A stretch of 58,207 nt of DNA from Verrucomicrobiota bacterium (GCA_038209745.1 JBBQXJ010000021.1:1-58207); one strand, 5' to 3'. Positions 40,523 through 50,449 are shown, numbered from the stretch's first letter. Made by a program: numbers and translations. Notes: generated by a model from the letters alone, not told the origin.

Positions 40523-41997
40523 GCAACCCCAGCGCCCTCGTCCAGAAACTCTGGAATTATTGCAACATTCTCCGCGATGACGGTTTGTCCTACGGCGATT
40601 ATGTGGAGCAGTTGACCTTTCTGCTGTTCCTCAAGATGGCGGATGAGCAGTCGCGCCCGCCGTTCAACAGGCCCAGTGCTGTGCCCAAGGAGTTCGCCTG
40701 GCCGAGCCTGCTGGCGCGCGATGGCGACGAGTTGGAGACGCATTACCGGCATGTGCTCGAATCGCTAGGCAAACAGAAGGGCATGCTCGGCGTCATCTTC
40801 CGCAAGGCGCAGAACAAAATCCAGGACCCGGCCAAGTTGCGCCGGCTCATCGTGGACCTGATTGATAAAGAGCAGTGGTCGAGCCTGTCCGCCGACGTGA
40901 AGGGCGACGCCTACGAGGGGTTGCTGCAAAAGAACGCCGAGGACGTGAAAGGCGGCGCGGGGCAATATTTCACGCCACGCCCGCTCATCGCGGCGATGGT
41001 GGAGGTCGTCGCCCCGCATCCGAACCAGACGATCTGTGACCCGGCGTGCGGCACGGGCGGGTTTCTGCTGGCGGCGCATGATTTCATCGCGCGAACGCCG
41101 GGCCTGGACAAGGCGCAGAAGAAGCGGCTCAGGAACGGCACGCTCTTCGGCATCGAACTGGTGGACAGCGTCACGCGGCTCTGCGCGATGAATCTGCTGC
41201 TGCACGGCATCGGCGGCGCGGATGGCGACATCCCGATTTCCGACGCCGACCTTCCGGTCGTGACCAAGGACGCGCTGGCCGGGAAGCATGGCGAGTATGA
41301 AATCGTGCTGGCCAATCCGCCGTTCGGTAAAAAGAGCAGCGTGACCATCGTCAACGAGGCGGGCGAGCAGTCGAAGGAATCGCTCACCATCAACCGCGAC
41401 GATTTCTGGGCGAGCACCAGCAACAAGCAGCTCAACTTCCTCCAGCACATCTTCACCATCCTCAAGCAGCACGGGCGCGCGGCGGTGGTGTTGCCGGACA
41501 ACGTGCTGTTTGAAGGCGGCGCGGGCGAAACCATCCGGCGCGAACTGCTCAAGCAGGCGGACGTGCATACGCTCTTGCGCCTGCCCACCGGCATCTTCTA
41601 CGCGCAAGGCGTGAAGGCGAACGTGCTGTTCTTCGACCGCAAACCGGCGCAGGAAAAGCCGTGGACGGAAAAGCTTTGGATTTACGACCTGCGCACGAAC
41701 AAGCACTTCACCCTCAAGGAAAGCACCCTCAAGCGCACGGACCTCGATGACTTCGTGGCGTGCTACAATCCGAAGGACCGGCACAAGCGTGAGGAGAGCG
41801 GCCGGTTCAAGGCGTTCACCTACGACGAACTGACGAAACGCGACAAGGTGAACCTGGACATCTTCTGGCTGAAAGACGACGCGCTGGAAGACTCGGCAAA
41901 CCTTCCTGCGCCGGAAGTGATCGCTACGGACATTGCCGCCGATCTGGAAGCGGCGTTGGAGCAGTTCGCGACGATTGCAGACGATCTAAAGGCCTAG
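40519..41997 (+). CDS. hsdM: Type I R-M N6-adenine methyltransferase subunit M
   Basis: GQYFTPR, DPACGTGGFL, NPPF and LRLPTGIFY motifs. Confidence 0.97.
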   Translation: MSNPSALVQKLWNYCNILRDDGLSYGDYVEQLTFLLFLKMADEQSRPPFNRPSAVPKEFAWPSLLARDGDELETHYRHVLESLGKQKGMLGVIFRKAQNKIQDPAKLRRLIVDLIDKEQWSSLSADVKGDAYEGLLQKNAEDVKGGAGQYFTPRPLIAAMVEVVAPHPNQTICDPACGTGGFLLAAHDFIARTPGLDKAQKKRLRNGTLFGIELVDSVTRLCAMNLLLHGIGGADGDIPISDADLPVVTKDALAGKHGEYEIVLANPPFGKKSSVTIVNEAGEQSKESLTINRDDFWASTSNKQLNFLQHIFTILKQHGRAAVVLPDNVLFEGGAGETIRRELLKQADVHTLLRLPTGIFYAQGVKANVLFFDRKPAQEKPWTEKLWIYDLRTNKHFTLKESTLKRTDLDDFVACYNPKDRHKREESGRFKAFTYDELTKRDKVNLDIFWLKDDALEDSANLPAPEVIATDIAADLEAALEQFATIADDLKA

Positions 41998-42227
41998 GAA
42001 GGCGGAGGACTAATCCGAGCCTCAAAAACGGGACGATGCCGCCGAACCGCCTGACATTCCAGTGTTGGGTCGATGAGGGCAGGTGCTCGGCCAGGCCATT
42101 CCTTGGTATCTTCTCTTTGGATGCTCCCGGGCTGTTTTGGTGCGAATCGCTGACGACTTCTGATAAACTGACGTGGATCATAATCACCCCGCCATCACTG
42201 ATTTGATGACGGTTTAGCCGGACCGTC

Positions 42228-42450
42228 GCAGTGGGGATTGTGGAGAGCGCCCGCCCCGGGCGCAGTGGGCCGCGCCTTCACGGTCCATCGGAAGCGCTGG
42301 AAACGATTCACCTCCTGCTGTGTCCGGACGCTTCAGTGTCCGGCGCGGGCCGCGCCGGACGGAAGCCGGGGCGGCTGCGATCCCCATTCATTTCCACTGC
42401 CTCGTTCCGGCCGAGGACTGTGGGGGGATTTGGGCCGCCCCCCCTATTTT
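42228..42450 (+). ncRNA. Candidate structured non-coding RNA of unknown family with terminator-like 3' hairpin
   Basis: 10-bp closing stem 42231..42240/42378..42387 with two G-U pairs, internal hairpins 42247..42263 and 42338..42360, and a G6/C7 hairpin plus TATTTT at 42422..42450. Confidence 0.4.
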
Positions 42451-42456
42451 CGGTCA

Positions 42457-42491
42457 AAGGCCGGTGCTCTATCCAACTGAGCTGCGGGTGC
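42457..42491 (-). pseudogene. 5' half of a tRNA (Arg-like), no 3' half
   Basis: GCACCCG CA GCTC AGTTGGATA GAGC A CCGGC CTT gives the acceptor 5' strand, an intact D-arm and the anticodon 5' strand. U8 is replaced by C. Confidence 0.7.
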
Positions 42492-42963
42492 AGTGGGTCT
42501 CCAACTCCGGAAAGAGAGTTCGGTGTCGGGTTGCCTTCGATGGAGCGAGACTGGTTCCGAGGTCGGGTGCGAGAGCCGTTCGGGATTGATCGGTTCATCA
42601 ACCGGAATCCCGACGAGGAATCGGGTCGAACCCAGATAAACAGGATGAAGGAGCCTGTATTTTTACACAACGCGCCTGCGAGCTTGCAAGCGCCTGAAGG
42701 TTGCTTGCGAAACCCAAGTTTGCGGACAACTCTCGCATCAACCCACCAAGCCATAACGCCGATGTTCGCATCACTATGCTTTCAGATCTGTTGATCGTCC
42801 GGATCGATCCGGATTCATCGGTCGCGGCTTGCCGGAATGGCGGGGCAATTGCGGCGGCATCTTGCAAAGGAGTTTCCGTTTTCTCCGTGTTCCAATGTTC
42901 CTTCCGTGGAAGCCCTCTTCCGGGGCCGTCATCGGCGGGGCCCGTCTGATCCATCCACTCCCT

Positions 42964-45900
42964 ATGAGTTCCATCACTTCGTTTGCCTTCGACAGTCGTT
43001 CGGGTGCGTCGCGGGGTTCCTGTTCACGTGGGCGTGGCCCGTGGCGAGCCGGGCTCGCGATCGTGTTGTGGGCGCTCTTCGGTTCGGGGGGGCCGGCGCA
43101 GGCGCAGGTCAACGTGCTGATGCACCACTACGACCTGATGCGGCACGGGGCGAATCTCGCGGAAACGGAGCTCGCGCCCACCAACGTCAGCTCCGCCGTC
43201 TTCGGCAAGGTCTTCTCCCACCCGGTGGACGGCTATGTCTATGCCCAGCCCCTCGTCCTGACAGGCGTCGCCGTGCCGGGGAAGGGAGTGCATGACTTGG
43301 TCTTCGTGGCGACCGAGCATGACACCGTCTACGCGTTCGACGCGAACGACTCCGGCGGCGACAACGGACAACCGTTGTGGACGACGAGTTTCATCAATCC
43401 GGCCGCGGGCATCACCACCGTGCCGACGGCCGATGTGGGGAGCGGCGACATCGTCCCGGAGATCGGGATCACCAGCACCCCGACGATCGACGCCGCCACG
43501 GGGACGATCTTCGTGGAGGTGAAAACCAAGGAGCCGGGAACCAAATACGTGCACCGCCTCCACGCCCTGGATGTCGCCACGGGCCTCGAACGGCCCGGCA
43601 GCCCGGTGGTCCTCAATGCCACGGTGAAGGGCACGGGCGACGGCAACAACGGCGCGGGCCTGGTGCCCTTCAATTCGCTCCGGCAGATGAACCGAAGCAG
43701 CCTCGCGCTGTTCCAGCCGGCCGGCCAGTCCAACGCGCTCGTCTATATCGCCTTCGCCTCCCATGGCGACAACGGGCCCTATCACGGCTGGGTCCTGGGC
43801 TACGACTCCGTGACGCTCGCCCTGAAGCAGTTCTACAACACGACCCCGAACGGCGGTCTCGGCGGGATCTGGATGGGCGGGCTCGGGCCCGCGTTCGACG
43901 ATGCCGGCAATCTCTACGCGATCACCGGGAACGGCACGTTCGCGCCCGCTTCGAAGAGCTACGGCGACACGTTCCTGAAGATCTCGACCGGTGGGACAAA
44001 CCTCGCCCTTGCGGACTATTTCACCCCCTTCAACCAGGCCGCGCTCAACTCGGCCGACGCGGATCTCGGCTCGGGCGGCGTCTTGATCCTGCCCGACGAG
44101 GTCGGCAGCGTGGCCCATCCGCACCTGCTGGTGGGCTGCGGCAAGGAGGGGAAGATCTACCTGCTCGACCGCGACAATCTCGGCCAGTTCAACGCGGCCA
44201 GCGACTCGCAGATCGTGCAGTCGCTCCCGGGCTTGATCGCCGGCACCTGGGGCACGCCCGCCTATTTCAAAAAACGCCTCTACTACGTCGGCTCCGGCGA
44301 CGCGATCAAACTGCTGCCCTTCGCCAACGGCAAGTTGACCGGGACGGTGCAGAGCCAGACCGCCAACGGCTTCGGCTATCCCGCCGGCACGCCGAGCATC
44401 TCCGCCAACGGCGCCACGAACGGCATCGTCTGGGCGATCGACGCGGGCGCCTACGGGAGCAGGGGACCGTCCGTGCTCCATGCCTACGACGCGGAAAACC
44501 TGGGCAAGGAGCTCTACAACAGCGGCCAGATGGGCAGCCGCGACGTGCCGGGACCCGCCGTCAAATTCACGACGCCCACCGTGGCCAACGGCAAGGTCTT
44601 CATCGGTTCCGCCAATTCCTTGGCGGTCTACGGCCATGGCCAATGGGTCGCCGCACCGACGATCTCCCCGTCCAGCGGCAACTTCACGACCTCGATCCAG
44701 GTCGCGCTGGCGGACGCCACGCCCGGCGCCGTGATCCGCTACACGGTGGATGGTTCGGATCCGACGGCGGCTTCGCCGGCCTACGGCGCTCCGCTCGTCT
44801 TCACCACCACCACAGGACTCAAGGTCCGGGCGTTCAAGGCGGGCTCCGTGGACAGCGCGGTGGTGGTGGCGACCTTTTTCAACGGCAGCTCGATCGGCCA
44901 GGGTTCCGGGCTGAAGGGCGAGTATTTCTCGAACCACGCCAAGGTCTTCACGGGCACTCCCACGCTCACCCGGATCGACCCCATGGTGAACTTCGACTGG
45001 GGCAACGGCTCTCCCGATCCAAGCATTTCGGCCGACACGTTCACGGTCCGCTGGACCGGCCAGGTCCAGGCGCAGTTCTCCGAGCCCTACACCTTCACCA
45101 CGACTTCGGACGACGGCGTGCGCCTCTATGTGAACGGGACCCTGGTCATCGACCAATGGATCGACCAGGGCCCGACGGACTGGACCGGGACGATCGCGCT
45201 CCAAGCCGGCCAGCTCTACGACATCCGGATGGAGTATTACGAAAACGGCGGCGGAGCCGTCGCCAAGCTGGCCTGGAGCAGCCCGTCCACCGCGCAGGCG
45301 ATCATCCCGACCAACCAGCTTTATCCTCCGAACCAGCTGCCGACCGTCTCCATCGTCTCGCCCTCGTCCGGCGCGTCCGTCGCCGGTCCGGCCAGCGTGA
45401 CGGTGGTCGCAAACGCCACCGATGGCGACGGCACGGTGGCCAAGGTGCAGTTCTTCGACGGAACGACGCTGCTGGGTTCCCTGAGCAACGCTCCCTACGC
45501 CCTCACCGTCACTCGACTGGCTGTGGGCGGCCATACCCTGACCGCCTTGGCCATCGACAACCGCAAGGGCACCAACCGTTCGGCGGCGGTCGTCTTGAAC
45601 GTCGCCGCCGGGAGCGGCAACCGGTTCGGCCTGACGACGCGGCCCCAGTCCCAGCCCTACTTCGGACTGCCGCCGGACACGTCCTCGCCCCTGCCCGCGC
45701 TGTTGTCGCAGACGGGCGTTTTCGCCGACATGGCAACGCTCGCGCCCGCCACCGGACTGATGCCCTACACGGTCAACGTGCCCTTCTGGTCGGACGGGGC
45801 GCTCAAGCAGCGCTGGATGATCGTGCCCTATGACGGCGGCGCCCTGCGTCCGGCGCAACAGGTCCAATTCTCCTCCGAGACGAACTGGGTGTTCCCGGCG

Positions 45901-46899
45901 GGTTCGGTCTTCGTGAAGCACTTCGATCTTCAGACCAACGAAACCGACCTGGCCGCCGTGCGCCGACTGGAGACCCGCATCCTCATCGAAAGCACGAACG
46001 GAATCGTCCGCGGAGCCACCTACCGTTGGCGGGCCGATTACAGCGACGCTGATCGCGTCACCAACGCCACAACCGAGAACATCGTCGTCACGACGGCTGC
46101 CGGCAGCCGCATCCAGCCGTGGTATTATCCGAGTCCGACGGACTGCGTCACCTGCCACACCCCGCAGTCGGGCGGCGTGCTGGGTGCCTCGACGGCCCGG
46201 CAGTTGAACGGGAACCTCCTCTACCCCGGCAGCGGCGAGACGGACAACCAATTGCGCACGCTGAATTCCGTGGGTCTGTTCTATCCGGCTCTGGACGAGG
46301 CGGCCCTGGCTGGATACGCCCGTCTGGCCAAGGCGGACGACACCACCGCGACGCTGGATCTCAGGGCGAGATCGTTCCTCGACGTCAATTGCGCCTACTG
46401 TCACCAGCCCACCGGCGTCCGGGCGAACTTCGACGCCCGCTTCACCACGCCGCTGGCGTCGTCCGGCATCATCAACGGAGCGGTCATCGCGAACCTCGGC
46501 GTGGTCGGAACCCATGTCGTCACCGCCGGCGACCCGTTGCGCTCGGCCATGCTGCAACGGGTGGCGAGCACCGCGCCGCTGGTCAAGATGCCCCCGCTGG
46601 CCCGCAACCAGGAGGACACGGTCGCGGCCGACTTGCTCCAAGCCTGGATCGACAGCCTGGTAGGACCGGCCCCGCTGCTTGGCGCAGCCCGTTCGAATGG
46701 CGCCGCCGTCTTCTCCTGGACGTTCGACAGTTCGGTGGCCAACGGCGGAAATTTCTACCTGGAATTGGCCAACCACCTCGGCCCGGACGCGGTGTGGGCG
46801 GCAGGCCCCGCACCGGCGACCAACGGAACCCAACGCACCGTCATCGTCACCCCGGCCGGCACCGAGCTGTATGGCCGGCTGAACAGCCAGCCGCAGTGA
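42964..46899 (+). CDS. Large secreted modular protein: PQQ-like propeller, chitobiase/FN3-associated domain, PA14, Ig-like domain, di-heme cytochrome c
   Basis: AQAQ signal cleavage; DADLGSGG; IRYTVDGSDPT; FTVRWTG..SDDGVRL (PA14); PFWSDGA, CVTCH, CAYCH and KMPPL. The start is uncertain (ORF open from 42829). Confidence 0.88.
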   Translation: MSSITSFAFDSRSGASRGSCSRGRGPWRAGLAIVLWALFGSGGPAQAQVNVLMHHYDLMRHGANLAETELAPTNVSSAVFGKVFSHPVDGYVYAQPLVLTGVAVPGKGVHDLVFVATEHDTVYAFDANDSGGDNGQPLWTTSFINPAAGITTVPTADVGSGDIVPEIGITSTPTIDAATGTIFVEVKTKEPGTKYVHRLHALDVATGLERPGSPVVLNATVKGTGDGNNGAGLVPFNSLRQMNRSSLALFQPAGQSNALVYIAFASHGDNGPYHGWVLGYDSVTLALKQFYNTTPNGGLGGIWMGGLGPAFDDAGNLYAITGNGTFAPASKSYGDTFLKISTGGTNLALADYFTPFNQAALNSADADLGSGGVLILPDEVGSVAHPHLLVGCGKEGKIYLLDRDNLGQFNAASDSQIVQSLPGLIAGTWGTPAYFKKRLYYVGSGDAIKLLPFANGKLTGTVQSQTANGFGYPAGTPSISANGATNGIVWAIDAGAYGSRGPSVLHAYDAENLGKELYNSGQMGSRDVPGPAVKFTTPTVANGKVFIGSANSLAVYGHGQWVAAPTISPSSGNFTTSIQVALADATPGAVIRYTVDGSDPTAASPAYGAPLVFTTTTGLKVRAFKAGSVDSAVVVATFFNGSSIGQGSGLKGEYFSNHAKVFTGTPTLTRIDPMVNFDWGNGSPDPSISADTFTVRWTGQVQAQFSEPYTFTTTSDDGVRLYVNGTLVIDQWIDQGPTDWTGTIALQAGQLYDIRMEYYENGGGAVAKLAWSSPSTAQAIIPTNQLYPPNQLPTVSIVSPSSGASVAGPASVTVVANATDGDGTVAKVQFFDGTTLLGSLSNAPYALTVTRLAVGGHTLTALAIDNRKGTNRSAAVVLNVAAGSGNRFGLTTRPQSQPYFGLPPDTSSPLPALLSQTGVFADMATLAPATGLMPYTVNVPFWSDGALKQRWMIVPYDGGALRPAQQVQFSSETNWVFPAGSVFVKHFDLQTNETDLAAVRRLETRILIESTNGIVRGATYRWRADYSDADRVTNATTENIVVTTAAGSRIQPWYYPSPTDCVTCHTPQSGGVLGASTARQLNGNLLYPGSGETDNQLRTLNSVGLFYPALDEAALAGYARLAKADDTTATLDLRARSFLDVNCAYCHQPTGVRANFDARFTTPLASSGIINGAVIANLGVVGTHVVTAGDPLRSAMLQRVASTAPLVKMPPLARNQEDTVAADLLQAWIDSLVGPAPLLGAARSNGAAVFSWTFDSSVANGGNFYLELANHLGPDAVWAAGPAPATNGTQRTVIVTPAGTELYGRLNSQPQ

Positions 46900-47154
46900 C
46901 CGGAGCTCGCGGTCGCGCTTGATCCCGGCGGCGGTCAAACCCGCTGCCGGGTCGACTTGTCGAACAGCACGCCGGAGCGTGGACGATTGGAAATGTCTTG
47001 GATCGCGGGTTGGTTCCTTGCGCCGCTCCGGGCGGCGCCACTGGTCGCGGCGCGACCAGTCCCACCCACTGGTGGCAGCCTGATTGAAACCGTTGCAAGG
47101 ACGGAGTGCCTGAAGCCGGCAAGGGCGAAGGCAACGCTCCCGGTGGATGATCGG

Positions 47155-48660
47155 TCAGGACGGCTGCCTGGGACCCGCCTCTCGTTTCCAGGACCAGCTC
47201 GGGCTGCGAATCGCTTTGAGAGATTCCCGCACGTCCGCAGCTCCGGAGGTCAGCCCGCCGATCTGCTGCCGCAGGCTCGTCCAAAATGCCTTTTCGGATG
47301 CCGAGGGCGAATGGCGCTTTTTGTGCGGCACCTGCTGGCCGACAAGATAAGTGAGGTATCCATCCAGGCCGAACGGCGATTCGGGAGGAACGAGAAGCGC
47401 CTGGGGCAGCGTGGTGGGGCCGTTTTCCTGATAGAACTCCACCAGCGGTTCCGCGCCGTGAAGCGCCGTGTGGTGCCAGCAATGCTGCCAAAACGGGGTG
47501 TTCGTCCGGGTGTTGAAGCGGTAGTGGACGGCGAGGAAGTCGCGGATGTCGTCCCAGACGCGGCCGGTGTATCTGTTGTAGAGTTCCCGGGCCGTCGGGG
47601 TGGGAGAAGCGTCCAGTTGCGAGAGGGTGTCGGCCAACGAGCGGGACTCCAGGCAGATGACCAGCAGCGCGGTGGCCTCCAGCGGTTCGACGAAGCCGGC
47701 GGAGTTGCCGATGGCCACCACGTTCTTGACCCAGCCCCGACGGAAGCGGCCGCTGCGATACTTCACGATACGGGTCTCTCCGACCTTTGGATTCTTCCGT
47801 CTGAACTCCGCTTCGGCCGCGGCGTCGTCCATGAAACCGGAGCTGTAGACGTAGCCCCGGTTGATGGTCTCCTCGTGGTCGATGCGCCAGCTCCAGCCGG
47901 CGTCCATGGTTTCGGCCACGGTGAAGGGCTGGATGGGTTCCTCTTCACGCTTCCATCCTCCGACCACGGCGCGGTCGCAGAAGAGCGAATCGGTGAAGGG
48001 TTGGAAGGGCTCTCCCAGAGTCTGGCCCAACAGCACGGAGCGAAACCCGGAAGCATCCACGAACAGGTCCGCCCGGGCCGTCTCGCCGTTGTCCAGCAGG
48101 AGGCCCGTGATGCCCTGGTCGTCCTGTTGGACCTCCTGCACCGTCGCGTCCACGATCTTGATGCCGAAGTCCCTGGCCCGCGCCTCCAGGTAGGTGACGA
48201 ACTTGTGGTTCTCCAGGTGCCAGGCGTGTCCGTGCTTCACGTCGGGAGACCCGTTTGTCCGACGCGAAAACACCTTGTTCGCGTCCATGAAGGCCGACGT
48301 CAGCTCGGCCCCTTTCATGTCGTCGTCGAAGTAATAGCCGTTGTCCTTGGGCAGGTCCTTGTAGCGGAAGTTGAGCTGCTTGCGGAAGGTGTAGTTGAAG
48401 GACGGACGCGGGCCCCAGAGGCTTTTGATCCCCAGCTTCCAGATCGGTTGGGCCTCCTTGAATATCTGGTCTTCGCGGAGTCCCAGGTAGTCCAGCAAAT
48501 GCGTGGGCACGTAGGGCGTGGTGCCTTCTCCGACGCCGATGATCCCGATGTCCGGACTCCGGATGATGGTCAAGGCCAGCCCGGCCACCCGCCTCCGCAG
48601 AGTGAGGGCGGCAAGAAAACCGGCACTGCCGCCACCCAGGACCACAGCGTTCTTAATCAT
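47155..48660 (-). CDS. Flavin-dependent halogenase (tryptophan halogenase family)
   Basis: GGGSAG, IGVGEGT, WKLGIK (catalytic Lys position), DASGF, WSWRI and FVEPLEAT motifs. Confidence 0.93.
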   Translation of the reverse strand: MIKNAVVLGGGSAGFLAALTLRRRVAGLALTIIRSPDIGIIGVGEGTTPYVPTHLLDYLGLREDQIFKEAQPIWKLGIKSLWGPRPSFNYTFRKQLNFRYKDLPKDNGYYFDDDMKGAELTSAFMDANKVFSRRTNGSPDVKHGHAWHLENHKFVTYLEARARDFGIKIVDATVQEVQQDDQGITGLLLDNGETARADLFVDASGFRSVLLGQTLGEPFQPFTDSLFCDRAVVGGWKREEEPIQPFTVAETMDAGWSWRIDHEETINRGYVYSSGFMDDAAAEAEFRRKNPKVGETRIVKYRSGRFRRGWVKNVVAIGNSAGFVEPLEATALLVICLESRSLADTLSQLDASPTPTARELYNRYTGRVWDDIRDFLAVHYRFNTRTNTPFWQHCWHHTALHGAEPLVEFYQENGPTTLPQALLVPPESPFGLDGYLTYLVGQQVPHKKRHSPSASEKAFWTSLRQQIGGLTSGAADVRESLKAIRSPSWSWKREAGPRQPS

Positions 48661-48771
48661 CGCAAACGACCAGACCAAACTCGCATTCGAGTGTCAACGA
48701 GCCGGACGGCAAGACACTCGGTTCGCCGTTGGTGCGGGCACGGATTTCGAGCGCGGAGACGCTCTTCCCCT

Positions 48772-49587
48772 TCAAGCCCGTTGCCGGGTCGCCTCGTAGA
48801 GGAAGACGGCGGTGGCGGCGGCGACGTTGAGGGAGTTCATGTGGGAGGGCATCGGGATCTCCACCGGTTCGTCGCAGGCGGCGAGGACGGCGTCGGTCAG
48901 ACCGGGGCCTTCGGCGCCGAAGACAAGGCAGCAATCGCCCCGGAGATCGACGACGGACAGTTTTTTCGCGCCCGGCCTGGGGTGGGCCGCGTAACAGCGG
49001 ACGCCACGTGTCCTGAGTTCTCCGAGCGTTTCCACCAGACGGCCCACCTGCACGGCGGGCTGCTCGAAAATGGTGCCCATGGAGCCGGAGACGGCCCGGC
49101 GCTGGAAGGGGCTGCAGCTGGTCTCTCCGACGATGAGGAAGGACACGCCAAAGGCGGCGCAACTGCGGACGATGGCGCCGAGGTTTTCCGCGCTGGCGAC
49201 GCCTTCCACGGCGGCGAGCAGGAGCGGGCGGGGAGTCGATTCCAGCAGCGTCTCGAAGTCCGGCCGCGGTGGAATCTTGGCGGCGGCGAGGACGCCCTGG
49301 TGCAGTTGATAGCCGGTGATGGATTCGAGCAGCGCCTTCTCGCCGAGGTAAACGTGGATGTCTTCCTGGCGGGCGCGCAACGCGGGTTCGAGACGCTCGA
49401 ACCACGCCGGAGTGACCAGCACGGAGAGGACGGTGAAGCGGCTCACCAGCAGACGACGGACGACCTTCTCGTTGGTGGCCACGAGCAGGCCGGCGCGCTC
49501 GTGTTCCTCGGGGCGTCTGAGGGTGCAATACAGTGCCAGTTCCGGAGCGTCGAGGGACTGGACAGATTCAATGTGCAGGGTTGCCAC
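48772..49587 (-). CDS. TrmH/SpoU family RNA methyltransferase
   Basis: HQGV, ENLGAIVRS, FGAEGPGL and IPM....SLNVAAA motifs; GTG start chosen. Confidence 0.93.
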   Translation of the reverse strand: MATLHIESVQSLDAPELALYCTLRRPEEHERAGLLVATNEKVVRRLLVSRFTVLSVLVTPAWFERLEPALRARQEDIHVYLGEKALLESITGYQLHQGVLAAAKIPPRPDFETLLESTPRPLLLAAVEGVASAENLGAIVRSCAAFGVSFLIVGETSCSPFQRRAVSGSMGTIFEQPAVQVGRLVETLGELRTRGVRCYAAHPRPGAKKLSVVDLRGDCCLVFGAEGPGLTDAVLAACDEPVEIPMPSHMNSLNVAAATAVFLYEATRQRA

Positions 49588-49666
49588 GGGCGAATTAGAG
49601 CGGGCCGAACGGACAAGGAAAGCCCGGTAAACCGATTGCACCGGCGCGTTGCGGTGAAGGCGGGAC

Positions 49667-50206
49667 CTAGCGGACGTCGGGAGGCATCACCTTCCGGTGC
49701 ATCTCCGCGGTGAGACCTTCGATCCGTTCGCTCAGTTGCTTGGTGATCTGGGTGATCTGCGTGTTTTGTTCCATCAACACGAGCAACTGGGCCGTCTGCT
49801 GCGCGGCCTCGGCTTGCCGGGCCGCGTTCTCGGAAGCGATGGTTTCCCGATGGCGGGCGTCGGCGTCGGCGTTGGCCTTGTCACGATCGGCTTGGCGGGT
49901 CTGCGCGAGCAGGATCAACGGAGCGGCGTAGGCGGCCTGGAGACTGAACGCGAGGTTCAAGAGAATGAAGGGGTAGAGGTCGAACTTGAAGATCCCGGCC
50001 ACGTTGAGGCTGATCCACACCGACACGATGAGCGTCTGGGTGACGAGAAATACGGGCGTGCCGAAGAAGCGGGCGAAGGCTTCTGCTTTCAGGGCGAACC
50101 AGTCGTTGCCAAAGGGTGAGGCCAGATGGAGGTGCGGCAGGTGGAAACGGAGATGATGGCGGGCGGAATCGCTGGAGGGGGATGTCGGTGTTCCGGTTGG
50201 TTTCAT
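49667..50206 (-). CDS. DUF1003 membrane protein
   Basis: FDLYPFILLNLAFSLQAAYAAPLILLAQTRQ signature. Confidence 0.9.
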   Translation of the reverse strand: MKPTGTPTSPSSDSARHHLRFHLPHLHLASPFGNDWFALKAEAFARFFGTPVFLVTQTLIVSVWISLNVAGIFKFDLYPFILLNLAFSLQAAYAAPLILLAQTRQADRDKANADADARHRETIASENAARQAEAAQQTAQLLVLMEQNTQITQITKQLSERIEGLTAEMHRKVMPPDVR

Positions 50207-50449
50207 GGAGCGTTTCTTTTGAAAGGAGTCTGGTGCTTTTCGGGCCCGGCTCCAGAGGGAACCGGGTAAATCAGAGGAACGCAATCGCTCCCCGGCCGGT
50301 TGCGGTTTTGGGGATCCTTTCGGCAACGAGTGGAAGCCCCCTGGGCGCCGGCGGCGCGCTGAAATCTTGGGGCGAAACATTCACGTCTCTTGCCAAGCGC
50401 CGCCAAACGCCGTAGCTGATGCGTTGTAACCAACCCGGAGAAAAACTCT

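Noticed and set aside
42130..42491. Intact group I intron-containing tRNA
   Set aside because: No 3' exon (T-arm plus acceptor complement) was found, the P/Q/R/S resemblance is weak, and the G-U pairs favour structure on the opposite strand.
43024..46938. 1304-aa - strand ORF and similar long antisense ORFs (4327..6183, 17467..19677, 19730..21550, 32485..34308, 46957..49713)
   Set aside because: Each mirrors a well-supported gene on the opposite strand and has the Arg/Gly/Val-rich composition typical of shadow frames.
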